From the NCBI GenBank assembly GCA_041658325.1, contig JBBAAI010000001.1, forward strand, positions 279,266 to 343,265: a DNA stretch of 64,000 bases. The letters are read 5' to 3'. Source of the stretch: Minisyncoccota bacterium (GTDB lineage: Bacteria > Patescibacteriota > Minisyncoccia > Phycocordibacterales > UBA9973). Made by a program: the position numbers and the translations under genes. Position 1 is the stretch's first letter. The number at the start of each line of letters is the position of its first letter. Under the pieces are notes generated by a model. It ran no database searches and was not told where the DNA came from. It saw only the letters and a program-made list of their open reading frames with translations. This document shows positions 1 through 11,562 of the stretch, piece by piece.

Positions 1-45
1 ATTTAAAATAATTGCTTTTTAAGTTTTTTATGTTAAGCTCTATTT

Positions 46-354
46 ATGTTAAAAATAAGATTACAAAGGATAGGCAGAAAGAACGACCCATCATTCCGGG
101 CTGTTTTGACTGATTCGAAAAATAGCACCAAAAGCGGAAGATTTTTAGAAATACTTGGCACCTATAATCCGAAAGCAGGAGAGAAAAATTTAAATGCTGA
201 TAGGATAAAATATTGGATGAGCAAAGGAGCGAAATGTTCAGATACGATGCATAATTTTTTGGTGCACGATAAAGTAATAGAAGGGAAGAAAAAAAATGTT
301 TTGCCAAAGAAAAAGCCGACAGTTAAAAGGAAGGAGTTGAAAGCGAAAAAATAA
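46..354 (+). CDS. rpsP: 30S ribosomal protein S16 with Lys-rich C-terminal tail
   Basis: The N-terminus MLKIRLQRIGRKN...FRAVL matches the bS16 signature. Gene order rpsP, KH protein, trmD is the conserved operon context. Confidence 0.9.
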   Translation: MLKIRLQRIGRKNDPSFRAVLTDSKNSTKSGRFLEILGTYNPKAGEKNLNADRIKYWMSKGAKCSDTMHNFLVHDKVIEGKKKNVLPKKKPTVKRKELKAKK

Positions 355-455
355 CTTGCCCGCCTTTGGAGGGTTTTGTATAATTACAGGTATAGCAGTA
401 TGTCAGGTCGTAACACTGCAAAATAAAAATTAAAAATATAAATTCAGAAATACAT

Positions 456-797
456 ATGGAAGACGCAGACAAGATATTTTTGGAATATGTAGTAAAAGCT
501 CTCGTAGATAATCCGAACGATGTAAAAATTGAAAGGACTGTTGACGAAATGGGTGTGCTCATTACTCTTACCGTAAATCCTGCCGATATGGGTAAGATTA
601 TCGGAAGAATGGGAAATACTGCAAAAGCTATCCGCACCTTGCTTCGCATTATTGGTATGAAGAATAACGCTCGCGTTAATCTAAAGATCAATGAACCGGA
701 AGGAAGCGTAAGACCAGAAAGACCAGCTGGATCCATGAGCTCTGCACCAACGATGAAGACCGTTGATCAGGCGATGGAAGACTTGAAAGGAATTTAA
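456..797 (+). CDS. KH-domain RNA-binding protein (YlqC/UPF0109-like) with C-terminal extension
   Basis: The segment VDEMGVLITLTV...GKIIGRMGNTAKAIRTLL is a KH-type fold with a GxxG motif. It lies between rpsP and trmD, as ylqC does. Confidence 0.65.
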   Translation: MEDADKIFLEYVVKALVDNPNDVKIERTVDEMGVLITLTVNPADMGKIIGRMGNTAKAIRTLLRIIGMKNNARVNLKINEPEGSVRPERPAGSMSSAPTMKTVDQAMEDLKGI

Positions 798-841
798 GTT
801 AAAAAATCCCCCGAAAGGGGGATTTTTGTTATAATATAAAA

Positions 842-1498
842 ATGCGTTTTCATATCATTACAATTTTTCCAGAGATTTTTGATTCATATTTAAATGAGTC
901 TATTATTGGGCGGGCGATAAAAAATAAATTAATTTCAGTAAAATTTTATAATCCAAGAGATTTTATTAAGGCTCCTAAAAATAATTATCGGCCGGTTGAT
1001 GACAAACCTTATGGTGGCGGTCCGGGTATGGTAATGCGAGCAGAGCCAATAATTAAAGCAATAGAAAAAGCCATTTCCAAAACTAAAAACAAAAAGAAAA
1101 CAAAAATTATTTTATTTTCTCCATCTGGTAAAAAGTTTACTACAAGCTATGCAAAAAATTCCGCAAAAAAATATACTGATATTATTTTAATTTCTGGTAG
1201 ATATGAGGGCATAGATGCACGGGTGCAGAAAATGTTTAAAGCAGAAGAAATTTCAATAGGGGATTATGTTTTAACTGGTGGAGAACTGCCAGCTATGGTT
1301 TTAGTAGACTCTATCTCTCGTCAGATTCCGGGAGTTTTAGGCAAATATGAATCCCTAGAAGAAGAACGAGTATCCTCTAGTGAAGTTTATACGCGTCCGG
1401 AAGTTTTAAAATACAAGAAGAAAAATTACAAAGTTCCAAAGGTTTTGCTTTCCGGAAATCATAAAAAAATAGAGGAATGGAGGAAAGGGCAAAACTAA
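842..1498 (+). CDS. trmD: tRNA (guanine37-N1)-methyltransferase
   Basis: The N-terminus MRFHIITIFPEIF and the SPOUT-family motifs ISIGDYVLTGGELPAMVLVDSISR identify TrmD. Confidence 0.9.
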   Translation: MRFHIITIFPEIFDSYLNESIIGRAIKNKLISVKFYNPRDFIKAPKNNYRPVDDKPYGGGPGMVMRAEPIIKAIEKAISKTKNKKKTKIILFSPSGKKFTTSYAKNSAKKYTDIILISGRYEGIDARVQKMFKAEEISIGDYVLTGGELPAMVLVDSISRQIPGVLGKYESLEEERVSSSEVYTRPEVLKYKKKNYKVPKVLLSGNHKKIEEWRKGQN

Positions 1499-1739
1499 AC
1501 AGAAGAATCCACAACATATATTTGACAAAAAAGCTGAAATAGAGTAGGCTGTTTAGGATTCATTGATTGAGTATCGGATGCAATCTCCGTTTTATTATAA
1601 GGCTGTAAAAAGCATTAATTTAATGTTATCCGAAGTTAGCTAATAAGAAGCAAAAAGAAGTAAGAGAAAAGCACCTTTTCGTCTGTTTTTCTTTTATTTT
1701 TGTTTATTTTTCTTGTTGCTATCTGGGGACTTAATCAAC

Positions 1740-4700
1740 ATGCAAGTAGATACAAAGCGTCCAAAGAAGTATTTTTCTAGATACAAAAAACCTTTAGTAG
1801 AATTTCCTAATTTGATTGAAGCTCAAGTAAAGAGTTTCAAATGGTTGGTAGAGACCGGGATCGGGGAAGTCTTTAAAGAATTTTCTCCGATTATTGATTA
1901 TTCTGGAAAAAAATTCCAATTAGAATTTACTTCTTTTTCTCTAGGTGAATCTAAAATTGACGAAAACAATTCAAAAATAAATAAACTTTCCTACCAAGGA
2001 TCTTTGAAGGCGCGGGTAAAATTAACTAACAAAATTTTAGGTACCGTTAAAGAACAAGAAATTTTTATGTCAGAGCTTCCTCTGATGACTCCGCATGGAA
2101 CATTTATTATTAATGGAGTAGAACGTGTCATCGTACCCCAACTTGCGCGATCTTTTGGAGTTTTCTTTACAGAGTCAGAAAGCAAGGGTACTAGATATTT
2201 TGGTGCAAAAATTATTCCAGCTCGTGGTGTCTGGATTGAAATAGAATCTGAATCTGATGGGGGAATTTATATCAGAATAGACAAAAAAAGAAAATTTCCC
2301 GCAACAGCATTGTTGCGTGCTATGGGTTATGAGACGAATGAGATGATTCTAAAGGCATTCTCACAAAATCCGACCGCAGAAGAAACTATCAAAGCTTCTT
2401 TAGCAAAAGACGGAATAAAAAGCTTAAATGAAGCATATATTGAAATTTATAAACGTCTTCGAGATGGTGATATGGCGACTGCTGACAACGCAAAGGAGTT
2501 TATTAATTCTTTATTTACCGCAGAACGTTATGACCTTTCTCCTGTTGGACGATTTAGATTTAATCAACGTTTTGATAAATCAATGGAAGAAGATGAAATG
2601 GCTCGTAGGATAATTTCTAAAGAAGATTTAGTAACTGTGATTTCTCATATTATCGTTTTGAACAATACTCCGTTAGCCAAAGCAGATGATATAGACCACC
2701 TGGGTCAAAGACGTGTGCGTTTTGTTGGAGAAATCCTTCAGCAAAAAGTGCGTACTGGTATGATGCAAATCAAAAGAAACATTCAAGATAGAATGTCTAT
2801 CATTGATGTTGATACAGCTATGCCTATCCAAATCATCAATCAACGTCCACTACAAGCTCGCATTAAAGAATTTTTTACGACTAACCAGCTTTCTCAATTT
2901 ATGGCACAGGAAAATGTGCTTTGTGAAATAGAACATTTGCGCACTCTTTCAGCGCTTGGGCCAGGAGGTCTTACTCGTGAGCGCGCAGGGCTAGAAGTGC
3001 GTGACGTGCACCCTTCTCATTACGGAAGAGTTTGTCCGATTCACACCCCAGAAGGTCCGAACATTGGGCTTATTTTGCATCTTTCAACTTACGCAAAAAT
3101 AAATGATTTCGGAATTATTGAAACTCCTTATGTAAAAGTAAAAAATGGCAAAATTACCAGTGAAATGGTTTATTTAAATGCGCTTGAAGAAGAAAAATAT
3201 AACATTGCACATGCCGGAACTCCTTACGATGAAAACGGAAAAATAACTGAGGAAAAAGTAGAAGCGAGAATTAAGACAGAACCCGGAACAGTTTCTCGCG
3301 ATCAGATTGATTTTATTGATGTAGCTCCCAATCAAGCCTTTTCTATTGCTACCTCAATGATTCCATTTTTGGAACACAATAATGCAAATCGTGCTTTGAT
3401 GGGAAGTAATATGCAGAAACAAGCTGTGCCTTGTGTGCTTCCAGAAATGCCACTCGTTGCAACTGGTGTTGAAAAATTAGCCTCACGGAATTTAGGTAGA
3501 TTGGTTATTTCACAAGAAGAAGGTGTCGTGTCTTATCTAGACGCAAAAAAAATAATTGTTAAAGGAAAGAAAGAAGTAACTTATAATTTGGTTAATTTTT
3601 TAAGAAACAATAATTTCGCTGTTTTTCACCAACGTCCATTGGTAAATATTGGGGATAAAGTAAAAAAAGGTGATGTCTTAGCAGATACTAGTAGTACGGT
3701 GGATGGACAGATTTCAATAGGACAAAATATTTTTGTTGCGTTTTTGTCTTGGTCTGGTTCTACTTACGAAGATGCGATTATAATTTCTGAACGTCTTGTT
3801 AAAAAAAGTAAATTTACTTCAGTTTATGTTGAAGAATTTACTTGCGTGGTTCGTGATACTAAACTTGGGCCTGAAATCACAACTCGAGATATTCCAAATG
3901 TCGGGGAACTCAAATTAAAAGACTTAGATGAAGATGGTATTGTTCGTATTGGAGCAGAAGTAAGAGAGAATGATATTCTAGTTGGGAAAATTACTCCAAA
4001 AGGAGAGACAGAACTTACTCCAGAAGAAAGGCTTCTCCGCTCAATCTTCGCTGAAAAAGCACGTGATGTAAAAGACACTTCTCTTCGTATGGAGCATGGT
4101 AAACGTGGACGTATTATTAATGTAAAGATTTTTTCACGTGACCTAGGACATACTCTTGAGGCTGGAATTATTAAAAAAATTGTTATTGAAGTTGCACAGA
4201 TCAGAAATATTTCAGTTGGAGACAAACTTTCAGGAAGACATGGAAACAAAGGAGTTATCTCAACAATTCTTCCAGAAGAAGATATGCCTTACACCGCTGA
4301 TGGTACGCCAATAGACATTATTCTTTCACCGCTTGGTGTTCCTTCTCGTATGAACCTAGGACAAATTTTAGAAATTCATTTAGGTATGGCCGCAAATAGC
4401 CTTGGTTATCAAGCTATCGTTCCGCCATTCTTGGGAGCTAGGCATGAAGAAATAAAAGAAGAGCTAGTTAAAGCAGGACTTCCAGAAAATGGTAAGTTAA
4501 AACTTTTTGATGGACGCACTGGAGAACCGTTTCAACAAGATATTGCTGTTGGTTATATGTACATGCTCAAACTTCACCACATGGTGGAAGACAAGATTCA
4601 CATGCGTTCGATTGGACCTTATTCTCTCATTACCCAACAACCTCTTGGTGGAAAAGCTCAAGGTGGAGGACAAAGATTTGGAGAAATGGAAGTGTGGGCT

Positions 4701-4910
4701 CTGGAAGGTTATGGTGCAGCTTATACACTTCGCGAAATGCTCACGATTAAATCTGACGATATTCTTGGTCGATCTGCTACGTTTGATTCTATTATCAAAA
4801 ATGAAACAATCAGGCCACCAAATTCTCCCGCATCCTTTAACGTGTTGCTCAATTATTTGAGAGGCCTCGCGCTTGATGTGGATTTAAAAAAAACTGGAGA
4901 TAATGAGTAA
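1740..4910 (+). CDS. rpoB: DNA-directed RNA polymerase subunit beta
   Basis: This is a long ORF with canonical beta-subunit motifs: the rifampicin-cluster region SQFMDQ-like FMAQENVL, GEMEVWALEGYGAAY and NLGQILE. I favour the ATG at 1740, which has a GGGGA Shine-Dalgarno. An alternative in-frame TTG lies at 1713. Confidence 0.93.
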   Translation: MQVDTKRPKKYFSRYKKPLVEFPNLIEAQVKSFKWLVETGIGEVFKEFSPIIDYSGKKFQLEFTSFSLGESKIDENNSKINKLSYQGSLKARVKLTNKILGTVKEQEIFMSELPLMTPHGTFIINGVERVIVPQLARSFGVFFTESESKGTRYFGAKIIPARGVWIEIESESDGGIYIRIDKKRKFPATALLRAMGYETNEMILKAFSQNPTAEETIKASLAKDGIKSLNEAYIEIYKRLRDGDMATADNAKEFINSLFTAERYDLSPVGRFRFNQRFDKSMEEDEMARRIISKEDLVTVISHIIVLNNTPLAKADDIDHLGQRRVRFVGEILQQKVRTGMMQIKRNIQDRMSIIDVDTAMPIQIINQRPLQARIKEFFTTNQLSQFMAQENVLCEIEHLRTLSALGPGGLTRERAGLEVRDVHPSHYGRVCPIHTPEGPNIGLILHLSTYAKINDFGIIETPYVKVKNGKITSEMVYLNALEEEKYNIAHAGTPYDENGKITEEKVEARIKTEPGTVSRDQIDFIDVAPNQAFSIATSMIPFLEHNNANRALMGSNMQKQAVPCVLPEMPLVATGVEKLASRNLGRLVISQEEGVVSYLDAKKIIVKGKKEVTYNLVNFLRNNNFAVFHQRPLVNIGDKVKKGDVLADTSSTVDGQISIGQNIFVAFLSWSGSTYEDAIIISERLVKKSKFTSVYVEEFTCVVRDTKLGPEITTRDIPNVGELKLKDLDEDGIVRIGAEVRENDILVGKITPKGETELTPEERLLRSIFAEKARDVKDTSLRMEHGKRGRIINVKIFSRDLGHTLEAGIIKKIVIEVAQIRNISVGDKLSGRHGNKGVISTILPEEDMPYTADGTPIDIILSPLGVPSRMNLGQILEIHLGMAANSLGYQAIVPPFLGARHEEIKEELVKAGLPENGKLKLFDGRTGEPFQQDIAVGYMYMLKLHHMVEDKIHMRSIGPYSLITQQPLGGKAQGGGQRFGEMEVWALEGYGAAYTLREMLTIKSDDILGRSATFDSIIKNETIRPPNSPASFNVLLNYLRGLALDVDLKKTGDNE

Positions 4911-4929
4911 TAAACAATAAATCAAAAAT

Positions 4930-7900
4930 ATGAAAACATTAAATACAACTGAATTTGATCAAATTGGACTTCGGCTCGCATCTCCAGAGCAAATAAAAGA
5001 ATGGTCTTTTGGAGAAATTACTAAACCAGAAACGATAAATTATCGTACAGGCAGATCTGAAAGAGGAGGTCTTTTTGACGAGAAAATTTTTGGTCCGGAA
5101 AAAGATTATGAATGTTATTGTGGAAAATATCGCCGAATTCGTTACAAAGATATTATTTGTGAAAAATGTGGAGTTGAAGTTACTCGTTCTATCGTGCGTC
5201 GAGAACGCATGGGACACATAGAACTTTCTACTCCAGTTTCGCATATTTGGTTTTTGCGAGGAGTTCCTTCGAGAATGAGTATTCTTCTTAATATATCTGT
5301 TTCTGATCTTGAAAAAGTGATTTATTTTGCCGGGTATATTATCACAAAAGTTCACGAAGATGAAAAAGAAACAATTTTGTCTAATCTAGACAAAGAATAT
5401 AAAACTAAATTAAAAAATTCAGCGGATGATGATACTCGCGAGAAATTAAAAACATTACTTTCTATAACCAAAAAAGAAATTGGAGAAATTTATGAAGGAA
5501 AAGTTTTGAATGAAATATCTTTCCATCATTATTCTCTTAAATACGGTACCTGTTTTGAGGCTAATATTGGAGCGGAAGCCATTTACTCTATTTTTAAAAA
5601 TCTCGATTTAAACAAACTAAAACATCTTACTGAAAAGATGTTAGAAAAAACGAGTGTAGCGGAAAAGGAGAAATTACAGAAAAGACTTTCTCTAATTCGT
5701 GCGATGAATTATGCAGGAATTCGACCGGAATGGATGTTTTTGACTGTTATCCCAGTTATTCCACCTGTTCTTCGTCCGATGGTGGCCCTAGACGGGGGGA
5801 GACACGCTACTTCTGATTTGAATGATCTTTATCGTCGAGTAATAAATAGAAATAATCGTTTGAAAAAATTAAAGGAAATTAATGCTCCAGATGTGATCTT
5901 GCGAAATGAAAAACGCATTATTCAAGAAGCAGTGGATGCCTTGATTGATAACTCTATTGCTAAACAAAATGATTCTGCTGCGATGAGTCAATCTCAAAAA
6001 CGTCCCCTTAAGTCGCTTTCAGATAACTTGAAATCCAAGCAGGGTCTCTTCCGTCAAAACTTGTTAGGAAAACGTGTGGACTATTCAGGCCGTAGCGTCA
6101 TCGTTGTTGGTCCTAATCTTAAACTCAACCAATGTGGATTGCCGAAGCATATGGCGTTGGAACTTTTCCGACCGTTCGTAATTTCAAGAATTTTGCTAGC
6201 AGAACTTGCTTTTAATATTCGAGGAGCCAACAAACTCATAGAAGAACGTTCACCTGAGGTTTGGGCGATATTAGAAGAAGTTATTCAAGGTAAATACGTA
6301 CTCTTGAACCGCGCTCCTACTTTGCACCGTTTAGGTATTCAAGCTTTCAATCCGATTCTAATTGAAGGAAATGCTATTCAAGTACACCCTCTTGTTTGTC
6401 AGGCTTTTAACGCTGACTTCGATGGAGACCAAATGGCCGTATACGTGCCCTTGCTGGAAGAAGCACAGTGGGAAGCAAAAGAGCTGATGGCAGCAAATAA
6501 AAACTTACTTAAACCACAAAACGGAGAACCGATCGTGAACCCACGTATGGATATGGTGTTAGGAGCTTACTGGATGACTAAATCAGTAGATGGAGAAGAA
6601 GGTGAAGGCAAATATTTTTCAAGTCCAAACAGCGCGATTGCCGCCTTTGAACACGGGGTTGTAACTTTGCGTGCGAAGATAAAAGTTCTTGCTACTGACA
6701 GACATAAATATAAAAAATTCAATGGAGAAATTTTTGAAACTTCTGTAGGCAAATTATTTTTTAATAGTATTTTGCCGAGCGATTTTGCTTATATTAGTGA
6801 TGAAATGACTCACGACAGATTGTCTTTTCTTTTAGACGAACTTATTTTACATTGTGGTGTAGAAAATACTCCTTCCATATTAGATAAAATTAAAGAATTT
6901 GGATTTAAGTATTCTACGGTTTCTGGTACTACTTGGGGGTTGGATAATGTTTCTCTTTCTCCTGAAAAACCAAAAATTATTGCACAAGGTAAAAAACTTG
7001 AAGAGGAAATCATCTCTCAGTGGAGTGAAGGTCTTTTGTCAGAAGAGGAAAAATATCAAAAGATTATTGAAATCTGGATGCACACAAAGAAAAATTTGGA
7101 AAAAGTTTTACCTAATACACTTGATAAAAATGGTTCAGCTTATGATTTATTTACTTCTAAGGCTAGAGGAAACATGAGTACTTTGTCTCAAATGATCGGG
7201 ATGATTGGTCTTATCCAAAACAACCAAGGTAAAATATTGGAATTTCCAATTATTCCGTGTTATCAAGAAGGACTTTCTCCGATTGAATATTTCGTTATTA
7301 CTCACGGTGCTCGTAAGGGTGCTTCTGATACCGCTCTTAACACTGCAAAGGCTGGATATCTAACACGAAGATTGGTGGATGTGGCGCAAGATGTGGTTAT
7401 CACGGAAGAAGATTGTGGCACAAAAGAGGGGAAAATAGTTACGCGAGAAAATATTTCTGGAATTGAAATTCCACTTTCAAAAAATATTCGTGGACGAGTG
7501 CTCGCAGGTGATCTTAAAGACAAAGACGGTAAAGTGGTTTATAAGAGAGGATTTTTAATTACCAAAGAAGAAGCTCGTAACATAGAGGGAGCAGGATTTA
7601 CGGAAGTATTCGTCCGTTCACCCCTTACTTGTAAAACAGTACACGGTCTTTGTGTACAATGTTATGGTCTTGATCTAGGAAGAAATCATTTAGTAGAACA
7701 AGGTGAAGCTGTAGGCATAATAGCTGCTCAGGCGATCGGTGAACCGGGTACTCAGTTGACGCTACGAACGTTCCATGCCGGAGGTGTGGCTGGAACTGAT
7801 ATCACTACGGGTCTTCCACGTGTTGAGGAAATATTTGAAAGAAGAATTCCCAAAAACCCTGCAATTATTTCTGAGACCGACGGAGAAGTGATTGAAATAA

Positions 7901-8538
7901 AAGATAAAGATGGTAAAGAAAAAACAATTAAAGTTTTATCTGATACTAAGGTTGACGGTAAGAGCAATGAAATGGAGTATGAAGTGGCTTTTCGTAGAAC
8001 CCCGATTGTTAAAGTAGGAGATTCTGTAAAGAAAGGACAACTTTTAACTGATGGATCAGCCGATATTGCAGAAATATTTAGATTAGGAAGCAAAGAATTA
8101 GTTGAAGAATATATAATTTCAGAAATAAACAAGGTTTATGAACTTCAAAGCGCTTCAATTTCTAGAAAACACACAGAAATTATTGTTCGTCAGATGTTTT
8201 CTCGTAGAAAAATAAAAGATACCGGGGAAACTAATTTCTCAATTGGTGATATCGTTGAACATACAGATTTCATAGAAGAAAATGCTAGAGTGGCGGAAAA
8301 TGGAGAAAAAGAAGCAAAGGCAGAAACAGTAGTATTGGGAATTACTGAAGTATCTCTACGTACAAAGAGTTGGTTGTCGGCTGCGTCATTCCAAAACACT
8401 AACCGTGTTCTTATTGAAAATGCGATAAAGGGTGGAGTTGACTCTCTCCGAGGCTTAAAAGAAAACGTCATAATCGGGCGCTTAATTCCAGCTGGAACTG
8501 GATTTAAAAATAAGTTTTCTCAAGTTAAAGAGGAGTAA
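4930..8538 (+). CDS. rpoC: DNA-directed RNA polymerase subunit beta'
   Basis: The zinc-binding CxxC...CxxC motif is present near the N-terminus. The catalytic NADFDGD motif appears as [13 protein letters not shown]. The gene immediately follows rpoB. Confidence 0.95.
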   Translation: MKTLNTTEFDQIGLRLASPEQIKEWSFGEITKPETINYRTGRSERGGLFDEKIFGPEKDYECYCGKYRRIRYKDIICEKCGVEVTRSIVRRERMGHIELSTPVSHIWFLRGVPSRMSILLNISVSDLEKVIYFAGYIITKVHEDEKETILSNLDKEYKTKLKNSADDDTREKLKTLLSITKKEIGEIYEGKVLNEISFHHYSLKYGTCFEANIGAEAIYSIFKNLDLNKLKHLTEKMLEKTSVAEKEKLQKRLSLIRAMNYAGIRPEWMFLTVIPVIPPVLRPMVALDGGRHATSDLNDLYRRVINRNNRLKKLKEINAPDVILRNEKRIIQEAVDALIDNSIAKQNDSAAMSQSQKRPLKSLSDNLKSKQGLFRQNLLGKRVDYSGRSVIVVGPNLKLNQCGLPKHMALELFRPFVISRILLAELAFNIRGANKLIEERSPEVWAILEEVIQGKYVLLNRAPTLHRLGIQAFNPILIEGNAIQVHPLVCQAFNADFDGDQMAVYVPLLEEAQWEAKELMAANKNLLKPQNGEPIVNPRMDMVLGAYWMTKSVDGEEGEGKYFSSPNSAIAAFEHGVVTLRAKIKVLATDRHKYKKFNGEIFETSVGKLFFNSILPSDFAYISDEMTHDRLSFLLDELILHCGVENTPSILDKIKEFGFKYSTVSGTTWGLDNVSLSPEKPKIIAQGKKLEEEIISQWSEGLLSEEEKYQKIIEIWMHTKKNLEKVLPNTLDKNGSAYDLFTSKARGNMSTLSQMIGMIGLIQNNQGKILEFPIIPCYQEGLSPIEYFVITHGARKGASDTALNTAKAGYLTRRLVDVAQDVVITEEDCGTKEGKIVTRENISGIEIPLSKNIRGRVLAGDLKDKDGKVVYKRGFLITKEEARNIEGAGFTEVFVRSPLTCKTVHGLCVQCYGLDLGRNHLVEQGEAVGIIAAQAIGEPGTQLTLRTFHAGGVAGTDITTGLPRVEEIFERRIPKNPAIISETDGEVIEIKDKDGKEKTIKVLSDTKVDGKSNEMEYEVAFRRTPIVKVGDSVKKGQLLTDGSADIAEIFRLGSKELVEEYIISEINKVYELQSASISRKHTEIIVRQMFSRRKIKDTGETNFSIGDIVEHTDFIEENARVAENGEKEAKAETVVLGITEVSLRTKSWLSAASFQNTNRVLIENAIKGGVDSLRGLKENVIIGRLIPAGTGFKNKFSQVKEE

Positions 8539-8547
8539 AAAATAATT

Positions 8548-10287
8548 ATGAACTCTCCCGTGCAAAAAATTAAGGAGAGGCTATCAATTGAAGAAGTAGT
8601 CTCTTCTTACATAAAGCTCGACCGAGTAGGTCCGAATTTAAAGGCTAAGTGTCCGTTTCATAACGAGAAAACCCCGTCGTTTTTCATCTCGCCTGATCGA
8701 GGTACTTATTATTGTTTTGGCTGTGGAGCGAAGGGTGATATTTTTACTTTCGTGGAAGAATTTGAGGGTCTTGATTTTAGAGGAGCCCTCAAATTGCTTG
8801 CCGGTAGGGCAGGAGTAGTGTTAGAAACCTTCAATCCAAAGGAAGAAAGCGAAAAAGAAAAAATATACAGAATCATGGAAGAAGCCTCTTTGTTTTTTGA
8901 AAAAAACTTGAAAGAAAATATTGAAGTTTTATCTTATCTTAAAAACAGGGGATTAAACGATGAAAGTATAAAAAATTTCCGTATTGGTTTTGTGAAGAAT
9001 GATTGGAGAGAATTATACCAGTATCTTACGAGTAGAGGTTTTAAAGATAGCGAATTAGAAAAAGCTGGTTTGGTGAAAAAAACAGAAAAAGGTTTTTATG
9101 ATAGATTTCGTGGACGCATAATGTTTCCCATGGGAGATTCTAGTGGGCGTATCGTCGCTTTTTCTGGAAGAATTTTTGTGGATGACGGGAAGTCGGCCAA
9201 ATATTTAAATAGTCCCGAGACCCTAATATTCAATAAATCTTCCGTTCTTTTCGGTATAGACAAAGCGAAAGAGACAATCAGAAAAAACAATTTTTCTATT
9301 CTCGTGGAAGGACAAATGGACTTGATTCTAGCGCACCAGGCAGGATTTAAAAATACCGTAGCCTCATCTGGCACAGCAATGACAGATTCAATATTGTCAA
9401 AAGAAAATATTATCAATAACCTTGGACTTGTTACTAGATTGTCGAAAAATATTGTCTTGGCTTACGATTCTGATAAGGCAGGCATTAATGCTTCAAATCG
9501 CTTTGCCAAAATTGCTTTATCTTTAGGAATGGATGTAAAAGTAGCAGATATACCAGAAGGTATGGATCCAGCTGATTTGATTTCTAAGATGGGGACAGAA
9601 GCTTGGCGAGAAGCGATAAGAAATTCAAAACATTTTATTGAATTTATGCTCGCTAGAATATTAAAGGATACTGACGATAAACGAAAAGTAGGCAGAGAGA
9701 TAAAAGAACGTTTACTTCCTTTCGTAAATGATTTAGAAAGTTCTATAGAAAAATCACATTTTATTACTTTAATTAGCAATCAATCTAGTATTCCAGAAAG
9801 TGCTTTAATAGAAGATTTAAAAAAGGTTGAATTCGAACAAAAACACGAAAAAGAAGATACAAAAATTGCTATAGAAAATGTAGAAAAAAAATTAAGAAAA
9901 GATCCAATCGAACGCAGGCTTCTAGGTATAGCTTTTTGGCAAGAAAGTTTGAAAATTAAAAAAATAGACCCGGAATTAATTTTTAAAAAGCTAGCCTTGT
10001 CTATAGGCTCTGGGCCGAAGGAGCAAGTAAAAGAAAAATATAAGGAAGTAAAAGAAGATTTAATCTATGAAGTAGAAGAATTTTATTTAAATGATGAAAA
10101 TTTAGAAAAAGATGTGAACGAAATGCTTCTTAGTATTGAAGAAGAGTATTTAAATGAAGAATTAATAAAAAAAATGATGGAATTGCAAAATTTAAAAGGG
10201 AAGGAAGAAGAGGTAGAAATTTTTAAAAAAATAAATGAATTAAATAAAAGAAAAGAAGAAATTAAAAATGGTCGTTTAAAAAAGTAA
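8548..10287 (+). CDS. dnaG: DNA primase
   Basis: The CHC2 zinc finger [30 protein letters not shown] is present. The TOPRIM region shows [13 protein letters not shown] Shine-Dalgarno precedes the ATG. The C-terminus is Lys/Glu-rich. Confidence 0.88.
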   Translation: MNSPVQKIKERLSIEEVVSSYIKLDRVGPNLKAKCPFHNEKTPSFFISPDRGTYYCFGCGAKGDIFTFVEEFEGLDFRGALKLLAGRAGVVLETFNPKEESEKEKIYRIMEEASLFFEKNLKENIEVLSYLKNRGLNDESIKNFRIGFVKNDWRELYQYLTSRGFKDSELEKAGLVKKTEKGFYDRFRGRIMFPMGDSSGRIVAFSGRIFVDDGKSAKYLNSPETLIFNKSSVLFGIDKAKETIRKNNFSILVEGQMDLILAHQAGFKNTVASSGTAMTDSILSKENIINNLGLVTRLSKNIVLAYDSDKAGINASNRFAKIALSLGMDVKVADIPEGMDPADLISKMGTEAWREAIRNSKHFIEFMLARILKDTDDKRKVGREIKERLLPFVNDLESSIEKSHFITLISNQSSIPESALIEDLKKVEFEQKHEKEDTKIAIENVEKKLRKDPIERRLLGIAFWQESLKIKKIDPELIFKKLALSIGSGPKEQVKEKYKEVKEDLIYEVEEFYLNDENLEKDVNEMLLSIEEEYLNEELIKKMMELQNLKGKEEEVEIFKKINELNKRKEEIKNGRLKK

Positions 10288-10292
10288 AATTT

Positions 10293-11519
10293 ATGAAGAA
10301 AAAAATAAAACCTAAAAAAATAAATAAAAATAGTAAAGCTTTGAAAAAAGTTAAGAAAAATAAAAAGATAAAAAAGATTATTAAAAAACCTAAAAAAATA
10401 AAGAAAAAAATTCTTAAAAAAGATAAAGTTAAAAAGTTATCTTTGGCCGAAAAAAAGGCTGAGGGGCTAGAACATCTTGCTAATACTATTATAGAAAAAG
10501 GGAGAAAGCGTGGGTTTATAACTTATGATGAGATATTAAAAACTTTTCCAGATATAGAAAATAATATTCTATTTTTAGACGAACTTTATGAAAAATTCGG
10601 AGTAGCTGGTATTGATGTGCTAGAGGGGGGGAATCTGCTTAACTTAGACATTGATTTAGATGACAAAGATTTGAATAAAGGAATCATGCATGATTCTATT
10701 CAAATGTATTTAAAAGAAATAGGACAGTATCCGCTTATTCATGCTGGTGATGAAAAAGATCTAGCGAAGCGTATTGAACACGGAGACCTAGAGGCAAAAA
10801 ACTTGCTTGCTCGTGCTAATTTGCGTCTAGTTGTTTCCATTGCCAAAAAATACGTAGGCAGGAGTGCAAATTTAACTTTGCTTGATTTGATTCAAGAGGG
10901 GAATTTAGGTTTATTTAAAGCAGTGGAAAAATTTGATTGGACCAAGGGGTATAAATTTTCTACTTATGCCACTTGGTGGATTCGTCAATCCATTACCCGT
11001 GCTTTGGCGGACCAATCCAGAACAATTCGTATTCCGGTACACATGGTGGAAACAATTTCTAAATATAAACAAACACATCGTAGATTGAGTCAGGATTTGG
11101 GACGAGAACCGTTGGCTGAAGAAATAGCAACTGAGATGGGCATACCGGTTGAAAAAATACACGTCATTGAAAATATTTCTCAAGAAACTGTTTCCCTAGA
11201 ACAGCCAGTAGGAGACGACGATGATAAATCAACATTAGAAAACTTTATTCCCGATGATAAAATTTTGCGTCCAGACCAGGAATCTTCTCGCAGAATTCTT
11301 TCGGACCAAATTCGAGAAGTTTTAGATGAGTTGAATCCAAAAGAGCGCAAGATATTAGAAATGCGCTACGGGTTACTTGATGGTATCCAGCATACACTAG
11401 AGCGGGTGGGGGAAGAGTTCGGCGTGACTCGTGAACGCATTCGTCAGATCGAAGCCAAAGTGCACGAAAAACTCCGCCAGCACGAAAAGATTGCAAGATT
11501 AAAGAATTATTTTGATTAA
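10293..11519 (+). CDS. rpoD: RNA polymerase sigma-70 factor with Lys-rich N-terminal tail
   Basis: Region 2 shows [13 protein letters not shown]. Regions 3 and 4 carry the [14 protein letters not shown]. About 50 aa of K-rich low-complexity sequence occupy the position where acidic region 1.1 normally sits. Confidence 0.9.
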   Translation: MKKKIKPKKINKNSKALKKVKKNKKIKKIIKKPKKIKKKILKKDKVKKLSLAEKKAEGLEHLANTIIEKGRKRGFITYDEILKTFPDIENNILFLDELYEKFGVAGIDVLEGGNLLNLDIDLDDKDLNKGIMHDSIQMYLKEIGQYPLIHAGDEKDLAKRIEHGDLEAKNLLARANLRLVVSIAKKYVGRSANLTLLDLIQEGNLGLFKAVEKFDWTKGYKFSTYATWWIRQSITRALADQSRTIRIPVHMVETISKYKQTHRRLSQDLGREPLAEEIATEMGIPVEKIHVIENISQETVSLEQPVGDDDDKSTLENFIPDDKILRPDQESSRRILSDQIREVLDELNPKERKILEMRYGLLDGIQHTLERVGEEFGVTRERIRQIEAKVHEKLRQHEKIARLKNYFD

Positions 11520-11522
11520 ACT

Positions 11523-11552
11523 AAAAAATCCCCTGAACCCAGGGTATTTTTT
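11523..11552. terminator. Bidirectional rho-independent terminator between rpoD (+) and the dsbA-like gene (-)
   Basis: A ccctg/caggg stem is flanked by an A-run upstream and a T-run downstream. Confidence 0.4.
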
Positions 11553-11562
11553 AGTTAGCAAT

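Noticed and set aside
323-736. Antisense ORF of 137 aa overlapping rpsP and the KH-domain gene
   Set aside because: It is a shadow ORF on the strand opposite well-supported genes, with low-complexity translation. Likewise 1991-2185(-), 3824-4249(-), 4939-5355(-), 6567-8471(-), 9096-9779(-), 10911-11496(-), 15282-16028(+), 59673-60326(-) and 60569-60802(-) were treated as non-coding shadows.
1500-1712. Possible promoter TTGACA around 1523 upstream of rpoB
   Set aside because: No acceptable -10 at 16-18-nt spacing. It is left unannotated.
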